Position numbers and translations under genes: made by a program
Virus record (IMG/VR): IMGVR_UViG_3300021425_004462
Location: 1 to 64,000 of that record
DNA from: a virus
Direction: 5' to 3' (one strand)
DNA: 64,000 nucleotides
In this document: one piece after another, positions 35,656 to 44,669 of the stretch
Numbering within the stretch: position 1 is the first letter of the stretch
Layout of the letters: each line of letters begins with the position of its first letter
The notes under the pieces: model-generated
Told to the model about the DNA's origin: nothing
Seen by the model: the letters and a program-made list of their open reading frames with translations, nothing else
Database searches by the model: none

Positions 35656-37901
35656 GTGTTAATTAATGTCCATATTATTTCTTTGTATGCATCTTTAGTA
35701 TTTTTTATATTATCTGTAAAAATTTTAATTTCTTTAGTAGAAGGTTCTCTATTTAATATATATTTATATCCTATTGTAATTTTATCACTCAATGACTTTT
35801 GAGACTCTATTGCTTTTATAATTTCAAAGTTTTTATTTTTTAATAATCTAGTTTCAACAAATCCATTCAGGAGATTTAATACTTGTGTCGCAGAGGCACT
35901 TTTATTTGCGTTTTCTATCTGCTCCCTATCTGAACCACCAAACTCACGAATAAGGTGCCCTATGGGCGCAGGAGAGGGTAGTTCTGAGGCTCTAACTGAA
36001 TTGCGGTCTTTCACAAAGTTTTGCTTATACTCTTTTTTCTTATTTTCCATTTGAGATTTGAATTTATCAACACAAGACTCACAACAAAAAGCTACAGTTT
36101 CTCCGTTTTCATTTAGGGCTAATAATGTTGGGTCAATTGCTCTACCCGGTTTGATTGGACAGTCTGTGTTTATTGGCTTACTGAATTTAGACTTGCTTTG
36201 AGTTTTAGGTCTTTCAGTTTTGTTTATTTTTGCCATCAATTCTGAAAACAATTCTTCTCCTGTCATTTCTGAAAAATTTTGAAAATTTTGATATCCTTTT
36301 GTGTTTTGCTCTAATTTTCTAGAATCAACATTATTTACTGTCAAATTAACTAAAGAGTCCCAGATTTGCTCTCCACTCATTCTTTCAAGTATAGGTCCTT
36401 GATAGAAATATGGTACTGCATTTTTAGATTGATTTTCGCTGTCTGGGCCAGCTACAACCCATTTCACTTCTACAGGCATAGACTGATCTTTGTTGTCTTT
36501 AGGGATAACGTCTCTAACCACAGACTGACGCTGAAAAGTTTTTGTATTATATAATATTCTAAGAAATTCCTTAAGGTCATAATTTAATGCAACCATAACT
36601 TTTTCGAGATGAAGTTGAAGTTTTGGGTCCGTAGCTAATGTGTCGTCAAACATATTGTCTATGGGCTCAATTAATGCTAGTCCAAAAGCTTCTTTCCAGA
36701 GTCGATTGACAATGACTGCTGTAAATCTTGGGTTTGAATCTGAAGCTAGCCAGTTTGCATAAATTTCTCTAGATCCTGATTGAGGAGCTTTTGTTTTAAT
36801 ATCTATCTCTTCTCCAAAAATAGTTTTACCCATTAACGATTGGTTTGGTTTTGCGTTGTCGTATTGATAATCTTTCGGAAGATTTATCTTTCCATTACCC
36901 ATGCTGGCTAGTCCGGTTTGAAGAATATCTTGTATATCTCTCACGCCGTTTTGTAATTGCCTTGATTTTTGCGGCTCATCATTATTTTCTAACTTGCGTC
37001 TTTCATCTCTCGCTAATCTGTTTAATACGGTTAAATTTTCTGGACTTTTGGTTCTTAAGTTAGTTGAGCCACTCGTAAAAGCTGCCATTTCATAAAATTG
37101 CTTTTGAGTCCATCGATCAAATGGATGATCGTGGCACTGGGCACATTCTAAGCTAGTACCTAAAAATACTCTAACTGTATTTGCCATACTGTCTAATGGC
37201 ATGTTTACATCACGAGCAAAATAACTAACTCCTTCATTACCTTTGATCCATAATGGGCCAGAAGAAGAAAGCATCTCTCTCACCCATTCATCATAAGGCT
37301 TGTTGTTAGAGATGAAATCTTTGACATAATTTTTATATGGAACACCAGATATTCTATTATTTAATCTGTCTTTAATTCTTAATATATCTGCCCAGAAATT
37401 AAACCAATGACTTACATATCCTTCACTACCTAATAATTGATCAATTAGCTGCGATCTTTTGTTTTTATCTTTTCTATTTAAAAAAGTATCTACTTCTGTT
37501 AAAGATGGAGTTCTGCCTATAACCTTTAAGTATGATCTGCGTAAAAATGTAGCGTCGTCAACTTCTTTATTTGGTCGAAGATTATATCCTCTAAGTTTTG
37601 TTTCGATCAAGCTATCAATATAATTGGCATGAGTTTTTAAATCTTTCTCTGATAGCGGTTTTTTGAATTTAGGCAAAGCTTCGTGACTGGGCGGAAAGTT
37701 ATTTTTAATATAAGCTTGATTATCTTCTGTTAAAGAATCTATCGCTATTCTGAATAACTGTAAATCACTAGATCTTTTTATTAAAGCGTGGGTTGCATTC
37801 GCCTCAAGAATATCTCCTTTAAGATCTTTTCCGTTATTAAAATAAAGCGTATCGCCGAAGCAATAAATTGATGATAAGAATAATAAAATTAGTTTTTTCA
37901 T
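35631..37901 (-). CDS. DUF1549/DUF1553 (PSCyt2/PSD1) cytochrome-c-type protein with YHS-like insert
   Basis: Signal MKKLILLF at 37901; DDATFLRR, CAQCHDHPFD heme motif, NPRFTAVIVNRLW, CPIK...FCCESC, EFIF end. Confidence 0.9.
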   Translation of the reverse strand: MKKLILLFLSSIYCFGDTLYFNNGKDLKGDILEANATHALIKRSSDLQLFRIAIDSLTEDNQAYIKNNFPPSHEALPKFKKPLSEKDLKTHANYIDSLIETKLRGYNLRPNKEVDDATFLRRSYLKVIGRTPSLTEVDTFLNRKDKNKRSQLIDQLLGSEGYVSHWFNFWADILRIKDRLNNRISGVPYKNYVKDFISNNKPYDEWVREMLSSSGPLWIKGNEGVSYFARDVNMPLDSMANTVRVFLGTSLECAQCHDHPFDRWTQKQFYEMAAFTSGSTNLRTKSPENLTVLNRLARDERRKLENNDEPQKSRQLQNGVRDIQDILQTGLASMGNGKINLPKDYQYDNAKPNQSLMGKTIFGEEIDIKTKAPQSGSREIYANWLASDSNPRFTAVIVNRLWKEAFGLALIEPIDNMFDDTLATDPKLQLHLEKVMVALNYDLKEFLRILYNTKTFQRQSVVRDVIPKDNKDQSMPVEVKWVVAGPDSENQSKNAVPYFYQGPILERMSGEQIWDSLVNLTVNNVDSRKLEQNTKGYQNFQNFSEMTGEELFSELMAKINKTERPKTQSKSKFSKPINTDCPIKPGRAIDPTLLALNENGETVAFCCESCVDKFKSQMENKKKEYKQNFVKDRNSVRASELPSPAPIGHLIREFGGSDREQIENANKSASATQVLNLLNGFVETRLLKNKNFEIIKAIESQKSLSDKITIGYKYILNREPSTKEIKIFTDNIKNTKDAYKEIIWTLINTHEFIFVK

Positions 37902-37931
37902 TGTAGGATTATAATATTTATAAACTATAAT

Positions 37932-37936
37932 TACAC
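37932..37936 (-). promoter_or_regulatory. GTGTA putative phage promoter element
   Basis: Abuts the terminator U-tract; 30 nt to ATG 37901. Confidence 0.55.
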
Positions 37937-37962
37937 AAAAAAGCCACCCATTTCTGGGTGGC
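37937..37962 (-). terminator. Rho-independent terminator after the beta-barrel gene
   Basis: gccaccca-tttc-tgggtggc stem with an A6 tract on the + strand. Confidence 0.85.
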
Positions 37963-37986
37963 GATATGGAACGTTTATTAGATTTC

Positions 37987-38637
37987 TTAAAAAGAAAAAC
38001 TAAGTCCTGCAGACAATAAATCTTCTCCGTCCATAGATTCAGAGTCGACTCTAGCATATCCTACAGAAGCTTCGATAGAATCAGTTAGATCTTTTGAAAG
38101 AATCGCTCCGACTTGATAGTAATCGTTGTTTTGAAGATCATACCTATCTGCATTACCAACTGATCCGCCCACAGTTAGGTTTGCGAATTGCAAATTAAAA
38201 CCATGAGATACCCCTCCTTCGAATACATAGTTATTATCACTAGTATCTCTTTGAATTAATACATAAGGCGACAATGCAGTATTCAAGCTCAATCTCACAA
38301 CTGCATCAAGTTGGCTTTTACCGTTTACAGCTTCTTCATGCTCAAAGCCTACATAAGCTTTGAGTAGATCTGTAAATTTAGAAGAAGCTCCTACAGAAAA
38401 AATATAAACACTTTGTCCATCAGAGAGTTCATCGAAAGAAGACGCCGAACCCTCAAGGGTTAAGCTTTCAATTTCTTGACTATAACCCACCGAAGCAGAA
38501 AGATTTTCTTCTGTCAATAAGGAGCCTTTGTTGAATGTATCAGTTCCGTATTCAAGAGATACAGAACCTGATCCAGCATAAGCCGCGTTAATAATAAGCG
38601 CCGTAATGGCAGTAAGGGTAATTAATAATTTTTTCAT
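37987..38637 (-). CDS. Outer-membrane beta-barrel protein (putative porin)
   Basis: Signal peptide ending AYA, amphipathic beta strands, C-terminal AGLSFSF. Confidence 0.8.
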   Translation of the reverse strand: MKKLLITLTAITALIINAAYAGSGSVSLEYGTDTFNKGSLLTEENLSASVGYSQEIESLTLEGSASSFDELSDGQSVYIFSVGASSKFTDLLKAYVGFEHEEAVNGKSQLDAVVRLSLNTALSPYVLIQRDTSDNNYVFEGGVSHGFNLQFANLTVGGSVGNADRYDLQNNDYYQVGAILSKDLTDSIEASVGYARVDSESMDGEDLLSAGLSFSF

Positions 38638-38649
38638 AATTAAAGTAGG

Positions 38650-38677
38650 ATTATATATTATATATCAAAAAAGTCAA
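38650..38677 (-). promoter_or_regulatory. sigma70-type promoter
   Basis: TTGACT-N16-TATAAT upstream of the beta-barrel gene. Confidence 0.6.
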
Positions 38678-39126
38678 TCAATTTTTATTTTATTTAGAGA
38701 TTTTCCTTTTCTGCGAGGTATTGTGATTTCTAATATACCATTATTCATAGAGGCAGATATTTTATCAGAATCTAATTCTGATGTGAGCTTGAATGTATTC
38801 TTGAATCCATCTTTAAAGATTTGTTGCTGAATGTACTCTCCTTCAATAGATTCTTCTTTTGGGGTTTTATAAGAAACAGAAAGCTTTCCGTTGTCGCATT
38901 CGATGTTGATATCTTCCTTGGGTATTCCTGGAGTTAGTAGTTCTATTATGGTTTCTTTTTCTCGCGCTATAACATTAGCTTGAACTGGGTAATCATCTAG
39001 CTCATTGAAATAATTTGTTTCTTCAGGTAGTGAGAAATTAAGGAATAAATCATTTAATAGATTATTCATTGTTGTTTTTGTTTTACTTGAATCTGGTCTG
39101 TAATTTTTTTTGAAGTAATATGACAT
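38674..39126 (-). CDS. Small heat shock protein (Hsp20/alpha-crystallin)
   Basis: PGIPKEDINI...LSVS...F.NTF.L...ISASMNNGILEITIP. Confidence 0.9.
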   Translation of the reverse strand: MSYYFKKNYRPDSSKTKTTMNNLLNDLFLNFSLPEETNYFNELDDYPVQANVIAREKETIIELLTPGIPKEDINIECDNGKLSVSYKTPKEESIEGEYIQQQIFKDGFKNTFKLTSELDSDKISASMNNGILEITIPRRKGKSLNKIKID

Positions 39127-39184
39127 AATTATATATTGTTGAGGGTTAAAATATTATAACCTATATTTGCAAAAGTTATGCCAA

Positions 39185-39781
39185 TTATTTTTTAAAAAGA
39201 AAGTTTCTCCATTCTGGACGCTCTGATTGGAACGGATGAAAGAATGGATACGGATAAGAAGGCTTTAAATCCTCACCTTTATAGTTTTTGTAAGGATATA
39301 TGGCAGCTTTTTTTGAGTTGCAGGGTTGGCAAGTTAATGTGACATTATGACTCTCTTTTGTGCCACCTTTACTTTTTGGATAAATATGTTCTATTGTTGT
39401 ATCTTTTATATCAAACTTATCTCCACAAATTTGACATCTACCTTTATATCTTTTATGTAAATATCTTAAATTAGGTTTTTCTTTTGTTTGGTATACCCAT
39501 TTTGCGGTAGTGAGTAATATAGTGGGTACGGGGTATAGTTTGTTCGATGAAGACATAAATGGCTGATTCTTGTAATAAGAAGCTCGCTCTTCATCTATCC
39601 ACTCTTCCCAAAATAACGGCTCTCCTGATTGAGATAAAACTTTAACTGAAGAATTTTTATCAAAAACAGAGCCGCAAGATATTAATTTCCTAATACCTTC
39701 TTTCGCTGTAGTGATATTGATTGGAGTCCAGAAGTGAGAGAGTATTAATACTACTCTATCTTTTCCTTGTATGAGATCCAA
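39185..39781 (-). CDS. HNH endonuclease (McrA-like)
   Basis: CQICG...TIEHIYPKSKGG...NVTLTCQPCNSKK. Confidence 0.9.
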   Translation of the reverse strand: MDLIQGKDRVVLILSHFWTPINITTAKEGIRKLISCGSVFDKNSSVKVLSQSGEPLFWEEWIDEERASYYKNQPFMSSSNKLYPVPTILLTTAKWVYQTKEKPNLRYLHKRYKGRCQICGDKFDIKDTTIEHIYPKSKGGTKESHNVTLTCQPCNSKKAAIYPYKNYKGEDLKPSYPYPFFHPFQSERPEWRNFLFKK

Positions 39782-39783
39782 TA

Positions 39784-41211
39784 TTATTTATTTTCGTGGT
39801 GTCCGCCTTTAGAGGATTTGGGCTTTTCATGGGTGTAGCCCATTTTTTTCATCTTAAGGTGATCTTCTAAAGTTTTGGCTTTATAGCCTTTTCCTGTCTT
39901 GGGGTCATACATCATATGGGGTTCAAAATCTTCTTTGGCATAATCTTTTTTCATTTTTTTAGATTGAGCTTTTTTAATTGCTTCTTTTGAAGGATAGTCT
40001 TTATCTCCTGGCTTCGCAGGTTTATAGTTTTTGCCCATTCTTTTTTTCTTTTTTTGAATGTTTTCCCAAAGTCCTGCATCAGAAGTTTTTTCTTGTTTTT
40101 TAAGAATTGCGTCTTGTAATGGCTTGGGTAATTTTTTTTGCTTTTCTGTTAGGCCCGCTTCTCCTTTTTCATATAAAGAGCTTTTCATTTTATCGTATTG
40201 CATGGCACATGTAGCATATGTTTTATCTTTATCCATTCCTGCTGTATTGACTAAATCCTTATCGTAGCTCGCACAATGATCCATGAATGGTTTTTTCATA
40301 TAATCTTCAGCGGCTTCAGAAGATTCTTGAGGCGCTTCTGACTTTTCTTCTTCTCCTTTAGTCATTTTAGTAACACTTTTTTTACTCCACATTTTACAGC
40401 TCCAATAGCGGGCTTTTGTTTTTGGCCCAGGGTTTTCGCAGTTGTGGCGAGCTCTAAAATTCTTGCGACGACCAGGGTCATCACGTTTGATTTCCATATT
40501 TGGATCACCAAAATTTACTTTAACAACATTTCCTTTTTCGTTTTTAACGTAAACAGAAAACTTTTTTGGACCTTTGGGTGTTCTAAAAGGTTTGTTTAGT
40601 TTTTTTCCTTTATTCGATTCTGCCGCCCAACTTTCTTCGCTCACATACTCTTCGAAGCCTAGCTCATCAACATCAATAAAAATTGTACTCCACATTTCAT
40701 CTGTAAACTCCGGATCTTCTTGAAGCTGGTGGTTATAAATATCTAACTTCGCTTCAATGAAATCTTCTTCTGTGAAAAAGTTTTCTTCTCGCACTCCATC
40801 ATCAATAAGAACGTTCGCAGAAGCTTTAGCAATATCTTGATCAGCTTTCCTGTAGGAGTCTTTTACTTTGCCGCCTCTCACCATTTTTAAAAATGTATTT
40901 ACTCGAGCCATGGCCCATTGACCTCTACTTTTGCCTGGTCTATGGCTGGATGAAAATGCTCCTGCCCCTCTGCGATAAACTTTCTTTAATTGTGAAAGCG
41001 TAACCTTTTTGCTGTATTTTGAATTATGTTCTTTAACTTTTGATTTGAGAGACTCTAATACTTTTTCTGAAAAGGTAATTTTTCCGCCTTTTTCTCCTGC
41101 GCTTCCTGGCTTATTTTTATCTGAGCCTTTGCGTTTTTCTGATTTTTTTGCGGGTGTTTGCGCTGAACTCTTTGGTCCAGGACGTTTAGCTGAGTGAGAT
41201 TCGTTTTCCAT
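39784..41211 (-). CDS. Very basic multi-module phage protein, probable internal head protein
   Basis: KVYRRGAGAF..HRPG..QWAMARVN and KKFSVYV..VNFGDPNM..RRKNFRARHNC..ARYWSC modules recalled from phage DUFs (DUF5824/DUF6321-like). Confidence 0.6.
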   Translation of the reverse strand: MENESHSAKRPGPKSSAQTPAKKSEKRKGSDKNKPGSAGEKGGKITFSEKVLESLKSKVKEHNSKYSKKVTLSQLKKVYRRGAGAFSSSHRPGKSRGQWAMARVNTFLKMVRGGKVKDSYRKADQDIAKASANVLIDDGVREENFFTEEDFIEAKLDIYNHQLQEDPEFTDEMWSTIFIDVDELGFEEYVSEESWAAESNKGKKLNKPFRTPKGPKKFSVYVKNEKGNVVKVNFGDPNMEIKRDDPGRRKNFRARHNCENPGPKTKARYWSCKMWSKKSVTKMTKGEEEKSEAPQESSEAAEDYMKKPFMDHCASYDKDLVNTAGMDKDKTYATCAMQYDKMKSSLYEKGEAGLTEKQKKLPKPLQDAILKKQEKTSDAGLWENIQKKKKRMGKNYKPAKPGDKDYPSKEAIKKAQSKKMKKDYAKEDFEPHMMYDPKTGKGYKAKTLEDHLKMKKMGYTHEKPKSSKGGHHENK

Positions 41212-41220
41212 ATTTATTTA

Positions 41221-42177
41221 TTACACAAATTTTTCTTTATTTTCTATGTACCATGAGTATGTTTTTTTGATTCCGTCTCTGAGTGATGTTGCAGGCTTGT
41301 ATCCCATTTTTAATAATTTATTATTGTCCATTTTTTTGCGATAAGTTCCATCTGGTTTAGATGAGTCGAATAATATATCTCCTTTATAGTTAACTATATC
41401 TTGTATTATATTAGTTAATTCAAGAATAGAAACTTCATCTTCAGAGCCGCAATTAATATGAGAAATTTTTTGATCATATATGTCTTTAGCCTCGACATTT
41501 TCTAAGCAATATTTTAATGCATCAGCTAAATCATCGACGTATAAAAATTCACGCAAGGGCTTTCCTGTGCCCCATACTTCGATATTCTTTTCGTTATTTT
41601 CTTTTGCTTCGTGAACTTTTCTGATGAGAGCTGGTAGCACATGAGAGCTTTTTAAATCAAAGTTATCTCTAGGGCCATACATATTGCAAGGCATAACTGA
41701 ATAAAAATTATTTTTATATTGATCATAGAAGCTTTCGCATAATTTGATTGCTGCTATTTTTGCAATTGCATATGGTTCATTGGTTTTCTCTAACACATCG
41801 GTTAGAAGGCTATCTTCTGTGATTGGTATTTTTGCATCTCTAGGGTATATGCAAGAGCTGCCGAGATTTATAAGTTTGTGAACATTATACACATGGGAAG
41901 CGTGAATTAAATTACTTGCTATCTGCAGGTTTTGATATATAAAATCTGCACGGTAGATATTGTTTGCAAGAATTCCTCCGACTTTTGCTGCACAAATTAT
42001 GACTACATCAGGCCTTTCTTGCCCAAAGAATTTATTAACTTCTGCTTGATTGGTTAGATCTAATTCCTTTCGGGTTTTGGTTAATAAATTTTTATAACTA
42101 TTTTTAGTAAGATTATCTAGAACCGCAGACCCTACCATTCCGTTGTGCCCGGCAATGAAGATTTTTTTATTATTCAT
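41221..42177 (-). CDS. fcl: GDP-L-fucose synthase
   Basis: GHNGMVGS, AAKVGGILAN, LGSSCIYP, YAIAK, WGTGKPLREFLYVDD, KPDG. Confidence 0.95.
   Translation of the reverse strand: MNNKKIFIAGHNGMVGSAVLDNLTKNSYKNLLTKTRKELDLTNQAEVNKFFGQERPDVVIICAAKVGGILANNIYRADFIYQNLQIASNLIHASHVYNVHKLINLGSSCIYPRDAKIPITEDSLLTDVLEKTNEPYAIAKIAAIKLCESFYDQYKNNFYSVMPCNMYGPRDNFDLKSSHVLPALIRKVHEAKENNEKNIEVWGTGKPLREFLYVDDLADALKYCLENVEAKDIYDQKISHINCGSEDEVSILELTNIIQDIVNYKGDILFDSSKPDGTYRKKMDNNKLLKMGYKPATSLRDGIKKTYSWYIENKEKFV
41222..41226 (-). promoter_or_regulatory. GTGTA putative phage promoter element
   Basis: 10 nt before ATG 41211, overlapping the fcl stop codon. Confidence 0.65.
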
Positions 42178-43205
42178 CGACTTAATTGCATGTAGTCATT
42201 TTGATACATTTTTTTAACTAAACCTTTAAAATCAGTCTTCCTGGTCCAACCCATTTCTTTTTCTGCTAAACTGCAGTCTCCGCATAATTCATGGACTTCT
42301 GCAGGTCGATAGAATTTAGGGTTTACCTCAAAAATTAATTCACCATCTAAGGTATAGTATTTTTCATTATCCTCAGATCCAGAGGATTCAAATTGAATTC
42401 CTGCACATTTTAAAGTTTCATTTAAAAACTCTCTAACAGTGTGCATTTCGCCGCTACCTAGAACGTAATTTTTAGGTTTTTCTTGATTTAACATGAGCCA
42501 AACGCCTTCCATGAAATCTTCTGCGTCACTCCAATCTCTTTTAGCTTCTAGGTTTCCAAGTTTTAAAACAGGTATTTGCTTTTTATCTTCTATAGCTAAT
42601 TTTATTCTAGCTACTGTATGGCTAATTTTTCTTGTTACAAAATCCAATCCTCTCCTTGACCCTTCATGGTTGAACAGCCAACCTTGAACTGCATACAGGT
42701 CATAGGATTCTCTATAGACCCTGACAATATGTCTAGCTGCGCATTTTGCAGCTCCATATGGACTTTGAGGTCTAAGAGGGTGAGTTTCGTCTTGAGGGCT
42801 GCAAATTACATCTCCAAATTCCTCTGAAGATCCCGCATTGTAAAACTTACAACTTGGCGCAAACCTACGTATTGATTCTAAGATATGTAAAACTGCATCA
42901 GCGTCTGTATCCCATGTTTGAATTGGGTAGTCCCAACTTCCCGCTACAAATGACTGTGCAGCAAAATTTATAAAAAAATCTGGGTGAATATCGATAATTA
43001 CATCTCTAATACTGTGTGCATCATTTAAATCCATATTAATTAATTCAAATCTAGATTGATTTTCTAAGTGCAAAATGTTCTCGTGGTTTTTTACGCTCAA
43101 ACGGCGAGCTGTGCCGTATATTTTATAATCTGTATTTTGTAAAAGATAATCAACCATATGGCTGCCATCTTGGCCCGTTACTCCTGTTACTATAATTTTT
43201 TTCAT
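42174..43205 (-). CDS. gmd: GDP-mannose 4,6-dehydratase
   Basis: TGVTGQDGS, AAQSFV, SSEEFG, SPYGAAK, FNHE, FVTRKI, GNLEAKRDW, RPAEV. Confidence 0.95.
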   Translation of the reverse strand: MKKIIVTGVTGQDGSHMVDYLLQNTDYKIYGTARRLSVKNHENILHLENQSRFELINMDLNDAHSIRDVIIDIHPDFFINFAAQSFVAGSWDYPIQTWDTDADAVLHILESIRRFAPSCKFYNAGSSEEFGDVICSPQDETHPLRPQSPYGAAKCAARHIVRVYRESYDLYAVQGWLFNHEGSRRGLDFVTRKISHTVARIKLAIEDKKQIPVLKLGNLEAKRDWSDAEDFMEGVWLMLNQEKPKNYVLGSGEMHTVREFLNETLKCAGIQFESSGSEDNEKYYTLDGELIFEVNPKFYRPAEVHELCGDCSLAEKEMGWTRKTDFKGLVKKMYQNDYMQLSR

Positions 43206-43597
43206 TTTAACATTAAAATTGAATTTATTGTGTTTTCTGTCATTGGTGTTGGTAAAGAATTTTCTTGTATATTATAATACCCCCATTCGTCATGTTCAAA
43301 AAAATCTTTTGCATTTTCATCTGGAAAAATTAGATCATGCAATTCCGAGTGAAAGACTGCGAATTTATGCGTTCTGCTCATATCGTAAGACGTTAAAAAC
43401 TTTGTGTTTTCTGATTTAATAGTAATTAGAGTTTCTTCATAGACTTCTCTGATTGCAGCTAGTTTTGGGTCTTCATCTAGTTCTATCATGCCACAAGGCA
43501 TTGACCAATGCCCTGCAAAGTTATGACAAATATGGCTGCGCCGACCTAGGAGTACTAGATTATTAAAAGTTAATAATACTCCCGCTGCTTTATACAT
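43202..43597 (-). CDS. NUDIX hydrolase
   Basis: GMIELDEDPKLAAIREVYEET Nudix box. Confidence 0.85.
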   Translation of the reverse strand: MYKAAGVLLTFNNLVLLGRRSHICHNFAGHWSMPCGMIELDEDPKLAAIREVYEETLITIKSENTKFLTSYDMSRTHKFAVFHSELHDLIFPDENAKDFFEHDEWGYYNIQENSLPTPMTENTINSILMLK

Positions 43598-44669
43598 CTA
43601 AAAAGTCATCTAATTTTTCTTTGTTTTGCCAGTGCGGACATCCATCGTAATTCATTTTTACTATTTCATCTCCATCTTCTAGCTCAAGCTCGTGTTTGCA
43701 ATCAATAAATGCGCTTTTTTTAATTTTACCTTCAGAATCTTTTAATACATAATATTCCATAGGTTTGCGGTATGGACAAATAAAAGCTTTTATTGGTTCT
43801 CCATTTTTATCCAAAACGGGTTGACCTCTTGACATTTTATAACCATCTTTTCCGCAAGCTAAAGGTCCTCCGAAAGTTCCATCTCTTGGAAAATCTTGTT
43901 TAGCAGCAAGGTTGCTAATTGCGGCATTTTCATCAAAATTATCAAGATACTCTTGAAATTGAGTTAATTGATACTCAAAACCTTCGAGTTCTTCAGGTGT
44001 AATTTTATCCATACGCAAATAGCCTTTTCCATAATTACCTAAGAGATCTTTATCTAGATCAAATCTCAGAAACAAAAATTCGCTTTGGGGGTCTGTTTCT
44101 GGCATGAGGTGTTTTACTGCCAGGCAATATATTAAATTCTGTAAATTATCTGTTACCTCCTTACCTTTAAAAACTGACTTGCTACTTTTAAAATCTCGAA
44201 TAACGACAGAATTGTCTTTGTATACAAAAAGTTTATCTATATATCCGCGAATTGCATACCTAATTCCTTGTTCTTCTTTATGTATTTCTAGGTCAAAAAA
44301 TTGTTCTGATTCAGCTTTTACTGGCTTTTCTTCGCTGTCGCCAAAGAAGTCGCACCTTAAGCCGTTAACTATCATTTCATCTATTAATTCAAGATTCTCT
44401 GAGTCGTTTACAGAAAGTTCTTCGGCTTCCTTTTTCACTTGCGCTGCTACAACTTCTGTATTCCAAATTGTACCTTCTTTTACTATTTTGTTGAATTCTC
44501 TTTTATGTTTGTCACCTAATAGCTCAAATACATTGTGGCAAATAGTTCCTCGACTTGATCCATCATTTCCTGAATCTGGAAGTTTTAATTTGTAGTTGCA
44601 CCAATAAGTCCAGCTACAAGTTTGTGCGGTTTTTATTCTACTTGCGGATAATTTAGTTAACTCACTCAT
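43590..44669 (-). CDS. PD-(D/E)XK RecB-family exonuclease
   Basis: LSASRI..C, GTICH, RGYIDKL, IRDFKSS, QNLIY, C-terminal Cys cluster. Confidence 0.85.
   Translation of the reverse strand: MSELTKLSASRIKTAQTCSWTYWCNYKLKLPDSGNDGSSRGTICHNVFELLGDKHKREFNKIVKEGTIWNTEVVAAQVKKEAEELSVNDSENLELIDEMIVNGLRCDFFGDSEEKPVKAESEQFFDLEIHKEEQGIRYAIRGYIDKLFVYKDNSVVIRDFKSSKSVFKGKEVTDNLQNLIYCLAVKHLMPETDPQSEFLFLRFDLDKDLLGNYGKGYLRMDKITPEELEGFEYQLTQFQEYLDNFDENAAISNLAAKQDFPRDGTFGGPLACGKDGYKMSRGQPVLDKNGEPIKAFICPYRKPMEYYVLKDSEGKIKKSAFIDCKHELELEDGDEIVKMNYDGCPHWQNKEKLDDFLDV

Noticed and set aside
37902-38057. 52-codon N-terminal extension of the DUF1553 ORF in the ORF track
   Set aside because: It runs through a terminator and the upstream gene; the signal peptide begins at ATG 37901
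39185-39781. HNH gene as an intron-encoded homing endonuclease
   Set aside because: Free-standing between intact genes with no interrupted host gene or intron structure evident
43590-44669. Cas4 / CRISPR adaptation gene
   Set aside because: PD-(D/E)XK nuclease embedded in the replication operon with no array or other cas genes; typical phage exonuclease
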